Shown piece after piece: positions 55,909 through 62,319 of a DNA stretch of 63,394 bases (position 1 is its first letter; every line of letters begins with the position of its first letter). Made by a program: the position numbers and the translations under genes. The DNA is from Patescibacteria group bacterium (lineage in GTDB: Bacteria; Patescibacteriota; WWE3; 0-14-0-20-40-13), in contig JAHINB010000017.1 of assembly GCA_018896215.1 (NCBI GenBank), positions 1 to 63,394 on the forward strand, in the 5' to 3' direction. A model generated the notes under the pieces. It saw only the letters and a program-made list of their open reading frames with translations, ran no database searches and was not told the DNA's origin.

Positions 55909-57209
55909 ATTGGCTTTTTTCGGGGAGACACCCCAAAACCATCCCTTGCCTTTAGGGGTGTCTCCCCAAAAGATTCTTCTCTTTTCTTTACTTCCGCCCC
56001 CCCCTGCCTAAGCGACTTTTCTGACACAATTATCCTCGTGGGACAACCAATGAGGTCGGCGTCCTTTATCTTTACCGCTAAAGATTCTTCGCGGTCATCT
56101 AGCAACGCATCGTTTCCTTCGCTAATCAACTTAGCATACAAAACATTAGACTGCTTGACAGCTTCGGGGTGATTGTTATCACAAAGAATATGGTATTTAA
56201 ATGGGGCAATATTTTCGGGCCAGATAATTCCGTTTTCGTCGTGACATAACTCCACAATGGTTCCCATTAACCTACCTACTCCAATACCATAAGCCCCAGC
56301 AATTACTGGCTTCTTTGAGCCGTCTTCGTCTGTAAAGAACAACCTCATGGGTTCGGTAAATCTAGTTCCCTGTTTAAAAATGTTCCCAACCTCAATGGAA
56401 TTAACAAATTCTGCTGTTTTGTCTTTTTCTTTCCGGGTGACACCCCTAAAGGCATTTGTCTGTTTTGGGGTGTCACCCGAAAAACCTTCCTCTCCATAGA
56501 TCTCTTTATTAATTGCAGTACCCTTTTCTTTGTCAATGTATATCCTATCTTCTCCCGCCTCACAAACAGTTTGATATTCGTGGGAATATTTACTAAAAGA
56601 TCCCCCACTTGCCAAAGTAAAATATGTTTTCTCCCCAATTCCCAGTCGGTCAAAAATTTTAGTATAGGCTTGCTTTGCTAATTCGTAAAATTCATCTAGT
56701 TGAGAATCATCCGCAGTAAAGGAATACAGATCTTTCATCATAAATTCGCGAGTGCGAAGCAATCCACCTTGAGCCCTTTTTTCGTTGCGGTATTTTGTCT
56801 GAAATTGATACACAAAACATGGCAAGTCTTTATAAGAATTAATATGACTTGTCATAAGTCTTGCCAAGGGCTCTTCGTGGGTAAATGAAAGCCCCACCTC
56901 TGAACCGTTGACAAGTTTTGTTTTAAACCATGAGTCCACTACTTTGTCATCCCAACGCCCGCTAGCCTTCCACACTGCTGGATCCTGCAAACTACTCATT
57001 AAAATCTCTTGGCCCCCAATGGCATTCATTTCTTCTCGAATGATCTGGATGATTTTATTGAGAACAATCAGACCTAAAGGCAAAAAGCTATACACCCCCG
57101 CCATTTCTTTATGGATAAAACCCCCGCGGATGAGCAATTTGGCGTTAATGCTAGTTTCGTCTTTAGGCGTCTCTCTTTTGGTTTTGGTAAATAACTTTGT
57201 TTGGTGCAT
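55887..57209 (-). CDS. proS: prolyl-tRNA synthetase (no editing insertion domain) with two family A insertions
   Basis: Class II motifs (FRDE-like TREFMMKD, GAYGIGVGR) and a C-terminal anticodon-binding domain. Start is MHQTKLF at 57209. Confidence 0.9.
   Translation of the reverse strand: MHQTKLFTKTKRETPKDETSINAKLLIRGGFIHKEMAGVYSFLPLGLIVLNKIIQIIREEMNAIGGQEILMSSLQDPAVWKASGRWDDKVVDSWFKTKLVNGSEVGLSFTHEEPLARLMTSHINSYKDLPCFVYQFQTKYRNEKRAQGGLLRTREFMMKDLYSFTADDSQLDEFYELAKQAYTKIFDRLGIGEKTYFTLASGGSFSKYSHEYQTVCEAGEDRIYIDKEKGTAINKEIYGEEGFSGDTPKQTNAFRGVTRKEKDKTAEFVNSIEVGNIFKQGTRFTEPMRLFFTDEDGSKKPVIAGAYGIGVGRLMGTIVELCHDENGIIWPENIAPFKYHILCDNNHPEAVKQSNVLYAKLISEGNDALLDDREESLAVKIKDADLIGCPTRIIVSEKSLRQGGAEVKKREESFGETPLKARDGFGVSPRKKPICVKIHS
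55915..55972. repeat. family A palindrome forming the 3' end of proS, just upstream of the ybeY start
   Basis: Translated as SFGETPLKARDGFGVSPRKK. Confidence 0.85.
56430..56484. repeat. family A palindrome (opposite orientation) in frame in proS
   Basis: Translated as FSGDTPKQTNAFRGVTRKE. Confidence 0.85.
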
Positions 57210-57239
57210 TTTCTTATATTTTCCTAAACTTCTTCTTAT

Positions 57240-57296
57240 CAAATTAGACTAATTAGTCAAATTAGTCAAATTAGACCAATTCTTTAATTAGACCGA
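57240..57296. repeat. family E repeat, intergenic, at the boundary of the accessory array
   Basis: aaattagactaattagtcaaattagtcaaattagaccaattc. Confidence 0.7.
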
Positions 57297-57833
57297 TTTG
57301 TTTTTGTAATCTAAACGCTTTTTAAACAGGTTTTCTCTAAATCCCCCATTTTTTACAAATTCCTCTTCTAACGACCTATAAAAATTATCTAGTAAATAGG
57401 TTTCTTTGTAGATCAAACAAACCATTATGTTTGCAGAGTCTTCTGGTTTTTCCAAAGACAAATTGCACCAATTGGTCAAATTGGACAAATTAGTCGAATT
57501 TGCAACTTCTTCTTTAAAAGAACGAATTTTTAAAACACGGGGGTCGTTTTTATCCCAAAGGGTAAGTTTGTTAATACGCAAAAAATCTTTGTAATCTTCT
57601 AGCAATTCACCAAAACTGGCGCGAGCAACGCTAACAAGTTTTAATTTGCTTTCACAACTTTTCTCTAAAACACCTTCCACAATGTTCTGTTTGCAACTCC
57701 TTGCTGCTTGAACCATTTGTTCTACAGTTCTTTTAAATGCAAAGGTTTTTAAATATTTTTGGCAAAACGCATCGTTGGCATCGTAAATTGTTGTTGCTAG
57801 CCTGTAAACTAACAAATTTTCGTATTTTTGCAT
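57288..57833 (-). CDS. four-helix-bundle protein (23S-IVS/S23p-like family) with C-terminal suffix domain
   Basis: YENLLVYRLA..., QMVQAARSCKQNIVEG and VARASFGELLEDYKDFL follow the four-helix-bundle family pattern. Confidence 0.65.
   Translation of the reverse strand: MQKYENLLVYRLATTIYDANDAFCQKYLKTFAFKRTVEQMVQAARSCKQNIVEGVLEKSCESKLKLVSVARASFGELLEDYKDFLRINKLTLWDKNDPRVLKIRSFKEEVANSTNLSNLTNWCNLSLEKPEDSANIMVCLIYKETYLLDNFYRSLEEEFVKNGGFRENLFKKRLDYKNKSV
57459..57503. repeat. family E repeat in frame in the four-helix-bundle gene
   Basis: Translated as NSTNLSNLTNWCNL. Confidence 0.7.
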
Positions 57834-57835
57834 TT

Positions 57836-58267
57836 TTAAACCCCCTCCTTAAACTTCTGCCAGGTTTTTTGCAGGTGCAGGATTTTGTACCTTACTGTTA
57901 GATAGGATTTTATAATTTCGGAATGTGACTGGCTGTCCAAGACAGGGGCAACTCCGGCACCGGGACGGACAAGATCTCTAAACAACTCCAAATGCACCAC
58001 CGCTAAATTACAATTTAGCATCGCAAGCTCCAAAGTTTCTTGAGACCCTTTAAAATCGTCAAAACGGATTGAGTGAGCTTTAGCTATGAGACGAGGTAAA
58101 TCCACTACATATTTTATCAGGGGGTTTTTAATCAATTCCTCAAGTAGTGGCGTGGTCTGACAATCATTGACAGCCTTTACCACCATAACCCCATTTGCCA
58201 GAAGTTTTTGGTAAATTTCTAAATCCTGAAAACTTTTAACCGGTCTTCTTGGGTAGTATTTAATCAT
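57836..58267 (-). CDS. divergent four-helix-bundle-like protein
   Basis: The N-terminal SFQDLEIYQKL matches the family start. The rest is helical but diverged. Confidence 0.45.
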   Translation of the reverse strand: MIKYYPRRPVKSFQDLEIYQKLLANGVMVVKAVNDCQTTPLLEELIKNPLIKYVVDLPRLIAKAHSIRFDDFKGSQETLELAMLNCNLAVVHLELFRDLVRPGAGVAPVLDSQSHSEIIKSYLTVRYKILHLQKTWQKFKEGV

Positions 58268-58271
58268 AGTT

Positions 58272-59708
58272 TTACAATTTACCTGGTCTTACCTCAATAA
58301 CCTTCTTCTCCTCCTCATTGATATGGTATTTACCTTCTATCGTAGTTACCGTCTTCCTTCTTCTTGTTTTAGACGGTTTATACAAAACATGCAAGGGATA
58401 AAATTCAAAATAGTCTTTTTCATCAAACCAGGCGCATTTAAATTCAAACAGTCGTAATCCCGTCAACCGTGAGAGCGCCATCGCGTATATGGTAAGTTGG
58501 TCAATTGGCTGTTCTTTGGCGGCGTTGGGCTTGTAATCTAGGATATGAATTTGCCCATTACGAATTTGAACGAGGTCTATGTGTCCGGTAATAAGCTTTG
58601 GGAGCCCAGTGCCGACATTGCTTATATCTTCTGATCCTTGTCCCATTGCCGGTGTTGCACCTTGCTTCTGCAAATCGTCCCTATCGGGACTTTGTGACTG
58701 GCTGACCGTCCCGGTGCCGACATTGCCCCTATCTTCTGATCCCTGTCCCTCCCTTACCGAAATTTTGTTAAAAATCTCGAAGCCAAGTTGTGTCTGCATA
58801 TGCAACAAATCCTCGCGAGTGATGTAAACTGGCACTTCGGTTGCCACGGTCACGGAGTCGTTGAATAAAAAGAATTTTTGCACCGCCTCGTGTCGCATAG
58901 TACGAGCTTTGACACTTTGTAAGATGAATTGGCATAATTTAACAGCATAGTTGACTTTACTGCGAACAATCATCTGCTTTTTGGAAAATGTGATGGGCGC
59001 CTCCGATGCCCTACATCCGCCCTCGCTGGCAAAGTATTGATGGGGGCATTCCGAAGGCACAAGTTCCAAAAATTCTTTTAAGGGGGCAAATTTGCGGTGA
59101 GCGTATTCCTCTTGAATCATCAGAGCGCATTTAGCGCGGTGAAAGCGGTAGCGATAAAGCTGGCGGTGAGCAAGCGTTGCTGTAACTACGGTGTTTTTCG
59201 GCTCGTACTTTTTTACCACAAACTCTCGCATCCGTTGATATTTGCAATATTCCCCAAATTCCATCAACCAGGCCGAGACCGTCGACGGCTGAAGGGAAAA
59301 TCTAATATCTAAATTCGAAATTCTAGATAAATCCAAATTTTCCAAATTAGAATGTTCCAAATCTTTTTGTTTTGTGTTTTGAGCATTCATATTTTGAGTT
59401 TGTTTAGGATTTAGGGTTTCGGGTTTAGAATTTATTATTGTACAAGTCCCTTCCAACGAATGCCCCAGATTATAGAGGCTCAACGCGTTAAAAACAGTCT
59501 CCAGCGGATAGTGTTTGCCTAAATTTTTTTGCGGGGTAAAAGTTCTTCCACAGCTTTGACAGAGGTAAAGCTGAATTTTTTCGTACTTTTTTTGCCTAAA
59601 ACCCCGCCTCACAAAGCTTTTGCTTTGGCAGTACGGGCAACAAAATGTGTCGTAGATTGGTTTTTTACTTTCCAAATGTTTGAAGGAATTATAGTCGTGC
59701 AATCTCAT
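58272..59708 (-). CDS. Zn-ribbon (IS1 InsA-like CxxC..CxxC) + RecB/Cas4-like PD-(D/E)XK nuclease-domain protein
   Basis: N-terminus CPYCQSKSFVRRG...LCQSCGRTF. C-terminus EVPVY...GHIDLV...ILDYKP...QLTIYA (E, D, D-x-K and Q-x3-Y motifs). Confidence 0.6.
   Translation of the reverse strand: MRLHDYNSFKHLESKKPIYDTFCCPYCQSKSFVRRGFRQKKYEKIQLYLCQSCGRTFTPQKNLGKHYPLETVFNALSLYNLGHSLEGTCTIINSKPETLNPKQTQNMNAQNTKQKDLEHSNLENLDLSRISNLDIRFSLQPSTVSAWLMEFGEYCKYQRMREFVVKKYEPKNTVVTATLAHRQLYRYRFHRAKCALMIQEEYAHRKFAPLKEFLELVPSECPHQYFASEGGCRASEAPITFSKKQMIVRSKVNYAVKLCQFILQSVKARTMRHEAVQKFFLFNDSVTVATEVPVYITREDLLHMQTQLGFEIFNKISVREGQGSEDRGNVGTGTVSQSQSPDRDDLQKQGATPAMGQGSEDISNVGTGLPKLITGHIDLVQIRNGQIHILDYKPNAAKEQPIDQLTIYAMALSRLTGLRLFEFKCAWFDEKDYFEFYPLHVLYKPSKTRRRKTVTTIEGKYHINEEEKKVIEVRPGKL
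58605..58749. repeat. two ~40-bp direct repeats 105 bp apart, around a GTCCC-tatc-GGGAC palindrome, in frame between nuclease motifs
   Basis: Unit 58605-58644 versus unit 58710-58749. Translated as GQGSEDISNVGTG and GQGSEDRGNVGTG. Confidence 0.75.
59301..59433. repeat. complete AT-rich family D element in frame in the nuclease gene
   Basis: Translated as NSKPETLNPKQTQNMNAQNTKQKDLEHSNLENLDLSRISNLDIR. Confidence 0.7.
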
Positions 59709-60420
59709 CTCTAAGCAAACTCAAAACCTCGCTTTTTAAAGCTTTTCTTATAGAAGAAAACCTTGCAAGAGGCATTAACATGTTTAGATCTTCATCAATT
59801 ACCGAAGAGGTAACCTTTGATTCAACGAATTCTTTAAGTTTTTTTAAATAATCCAAAGTGTTCAAAGAAGTCCTTTGCTCAATCACTTTTTTGTTGTAGG
59901 GATATCCGTTGACAAAAAAATAATATATATCGTATATATCTCTACCTGCCACGGTCCCGTGTTTAGTGTAGCGATCCAGAACCGCCACCAATTTGTGAGC
60001 AAACATAGTATCTATTGTTTGACAAGTAAGATATCTATCAATATCCGCTAAATAAGTGGGTTTAAAAACATCAGAATCTAAAGCGAATCCAACGGCGTCA
60101 AATTTTAAAGTGTTGCGCAACTCTTTTGGAGCTGAATATTTTAACACATACTGTACCGTGGACTTGTTTCTGTTTTTAATGTTAAAATCTAGTTTTTTAA
60201 AAATCTCTTCCAGCGCCGTCCTTACAAAGTCTTTTGGAGTTTCTTGCTTTAAGTCAAAATCCAAATCAACGGAAAACCTGTCCAAATAATCTTGCATAGC
60301 GGCGCATGTCCCCCCTTTAAATATAAGAGCTTTGGAAAGTTGAGGGCTGTCCGCAATTTCTATTAGTATTTTGTGTAACTGGCTCCTATGCAAAGCTTCT
60401 TTTGGACTTGGTAAAATCAT
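59689..60420 (-). CDS. AbiEii/AbiGii-family nucleotidyltransferase toxin (type IV TA)
   Basis: LIFKGGTCAAMQDYLDRFSVDLDFD matches the DUF1814 signature (KGGTA..R.S.DlDF). Confidence 0.8.
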   Translation of the reverse strand: MILPSPKEALHRSQLHKILIEIADSPQLSKALIFKGGTCAAMQDYLDRFSVDLDFDLKQETPKDFVRTALEEIFKKLDFNIKNRNKSTVQYVLKYSAPKELRNTLKFDAVGFALDSDVFKPTYLADIDRYLTCQTIDTMFAHKLVAVLDRYTKHGTVAGRDIYDIYYFFVNGYPYNKKVIEQRTSLNTLDYLKKLKEFVESKVTSSVIDEDLNMLMPLARFSSIRKALKSEVLSLLRDEIARL

Positions 60421-60959
60421 ATATACCCCACCTCCTTTTGGATGGTTTTGACTCTTTCCCAGTCAATGGCGTTTCTTAAGTCAAAATGATATTTGGAGTT
60501 AAAATAAAGCATATCCGCAACCGCTCTCTCGGGACTGGCTTCTTTGTAGTTTTGTTGTTCCAAGATACCTGCGCTTTGGAATAAAAAGGCAGGTTTTAAT
60601 TTCCGACTAATAAATGATGTTCCGTTAATATTAATTTTTTTATTCTTTGATGAACAAAAGGTGAAATGTGGGACACTTTGGAAGATGATGCCGTCTTTTG
60701 CTAACACTGATTCTGTGCTTAGGTAGCAGTAATCGTGGATTGCGGAAGTTCCTAATTCTGTGGCGTTAATAGTGTTTAATTCCACAGTGGAGTAGAATCC
60801 GCGATATATCTGAATTAAGTAACCCTTTTTTAAATACCTGTTGATTGTTGAATACAAGGTGTTTTTATTGTTTATGTTCCACAATAATTCAAGATCTTGG
60901 GTGTGGAACAGCTTTTTCGATTGTTTAAGCAGAACATCTAGTTTGTTTATACTTTGCAT
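60417..60959 (-). CDS. AbiEi-family antitoxin-like protein
   Basis: Lies upstream of AbiEii with a 4-nt overlap. wHTH-like LYSTINRYLKKGYLIQIYRGFY. Likely start is MQSINK at 60959. Confidence 0.65.
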   Translation of the reverse strand: MQSINKLDVLLKQSKKLFHTQDLELLWNINNKNTLYSTINRYLKKGYLIQIYRGFYSTVELNTINATELGTSAIHDYCYLSTESVLAKDGIIFQSVPHFTFCSSKNKKININGTSFISRKLKPAFLFQSAGILEQQNYKEASPERAVADMLYFNSKYHFDLRNAIDWERVKTIQKEVGYI

Positions 60960-60989
60960 ATATGAATAGTATACTACAACCAACAGAAC

Positions 60990-61041
60990 TTTACCACACT
61001 GCAATCCAATACAATTTTTGCTCCGCCGTTGGCGCAGTCCC
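60990..61041. repeat. 52-bp perfect direct repeat, copy 1
   Basis: tttaccacactgcaatccaatacaatttttgctccgccgttggcgcagtccc, identical to 62268-62319. Confidence 0.9.
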
Positions 61042-61048
61042 CTATTGA

Positions 61049-62221
61049 TCAATAGAAATTATCTATGGTAATCAATTTTACTTTAGCATTGGGATACCTG
61101 TTATTAAAAGCGGAGCAAGCCCTTCCTTTTGCGGTTTTTATTTCGCAGGCAATTACTTCTTCGCCTTGATGTAAAACAAGATCAACCTCGGCTCCTTGAA
61201 CAGTGCGCCAAAAAGCTAATTTATATCCCGCGTTGCTGTATACATTGTGTTTTAATATTTCGCCGATGACAAAATTTTCAAACATCGCTCCAAAATCCCT
61301 TCGTAAAAATGGATTGGAGAAATCTTCTATTACGGCATTTCTCAATCCAAGATCATAAAAATATATTTTTGGCGCCTTGCCTATTTCGTCCCGTCTTTTG
61401 CTTGTGAACGGGTATAAACGGAAGAGAATAAAGCTTTGCTCAAAAATGGATATGTATCGCTGGACTGTTCTCGCGTCAACCCCAAGTTTTGCGGCAAGTT
61501 CGGAATAGTTGATTAGATTGCCGATTTGATAGGCAAGTAGTTTTAGAAGATTAGAAGCTACCGCGCGGTTTTCAATTAGGTTAAGCTCAAAAATGTCTTT
61601 ATAAATTGACGAGGACGCCAGTTCGCTTAAATATAAAGAGTCGGACGGGTTTTGGACTAGATACGGGTTTAAACCGTAAGTAAGTATTCTGCCAACAGTT
61701 GCGGAAAGGTCGAATTGATGAATTGACGGGGATAATTTTCCGGAAACCAGCCTTTCTAAAAAGTTATCGTGGAGTTCCTCCTCTGTTCTGGTTTGATACA
61801 AATATTCGGAAAAAGTAAGAGGGAATAATTGGTAGTCTATTTTGCGCCCGGCAAGGCTTTCAGACGCGGTATTTTTGATATTTAGGGCGGAAGATCCCGT
61901 GATAATAAGTTGTACATTCGGCATTTGATCATAAATAATCTTCGCCGCGCGCCCGGGGTCTGGCAGTAACTGGATTTCATCAATAATTACGGTTTTACTG
62001 CTTTGCGACCCGATAAATTGGCGATATGAATGGATATCATAAGTTTCAAAGTTTTTTCGCGCGGGGTCGTTGTCCAGCAAAAAATATTGCGCCTCGGGAA
62101 AAAGTCTTTTCAGCAAAGTGGTTTTGCCTACTTGCCGCGCTCCTAAAAGCAGAAGTATCTGCCTTCGGTTTTTAAAGTGGGATTTGATTTGGGAATCAAT
62201 CTGCCTTGTTAAAAGATTCAT
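61049..62221 (-). CDS. AAA+ ATPase with DUF4143-type C-terminal domain
   Basis: Walker A GARQVGKTTL, Walker B VIIDEIQ. 390 aa, same size as the ATPase at 30803-31975. Confidence 0.75.
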   Translation of the reverse strand: MNLLTRQIDSQIKSHFKNRRQILLLLGARQVGKTTLLKRLFPEAQYFLLDNDPARKNFETYDIHSYRQFIGSQSSKTVIIDEIQLLPDPGRAAKIIYDQMPNVQLIITGSSALNIKNTASESLAGRKIDYQLFPLTFSEYLYQTRTEEELHDNFLERLVSGKLSPSIHQFDLSATVGRILTYGLNPYLVQNPSDSLYLSELASSSIYKDIFELNLIENRAVASNLLKLLAYQIGNLINYSELAAKLGVDARTVQRYISIFEQSFILFRLYPFTSKRRDEIGKAPKIYFYDLGLRNAVIEDFSNPFLRRDFGAMFENFVIGEILKHNVYSNAGYKLAFWRTVQGAEVDLVLHQGEEVIACEIKTAKGRACSAFNNRYPNAKVKLITIDNFY

Positions 62222-62267
62222 ATGTTGTTTTGATTATAATCATTGATACATATAAATGTCAATTAGT

Positions 62268-62319
62268 TTACCACACTGCAATCCAATACAATTTTTGCTC
62301 CGCCGTTGGCGCAGTCCCT
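62268..62319. repeat. 52-bp perfect direct repeat, copy 2 (last 16 codons plus stop of the tail-fibre-like gene)
   Basis: Identical to 60990-61041. Confidence 0.9.

Noticed and set aside
16913-56484. Could the recurring palindromes be a CRISPR array or arrays?
   Set aside because: Copies are dispersed singly over 40 kb and lie in both orientations, often inside genes. They have no regular repeat-spacer periodicity and no cas genes.
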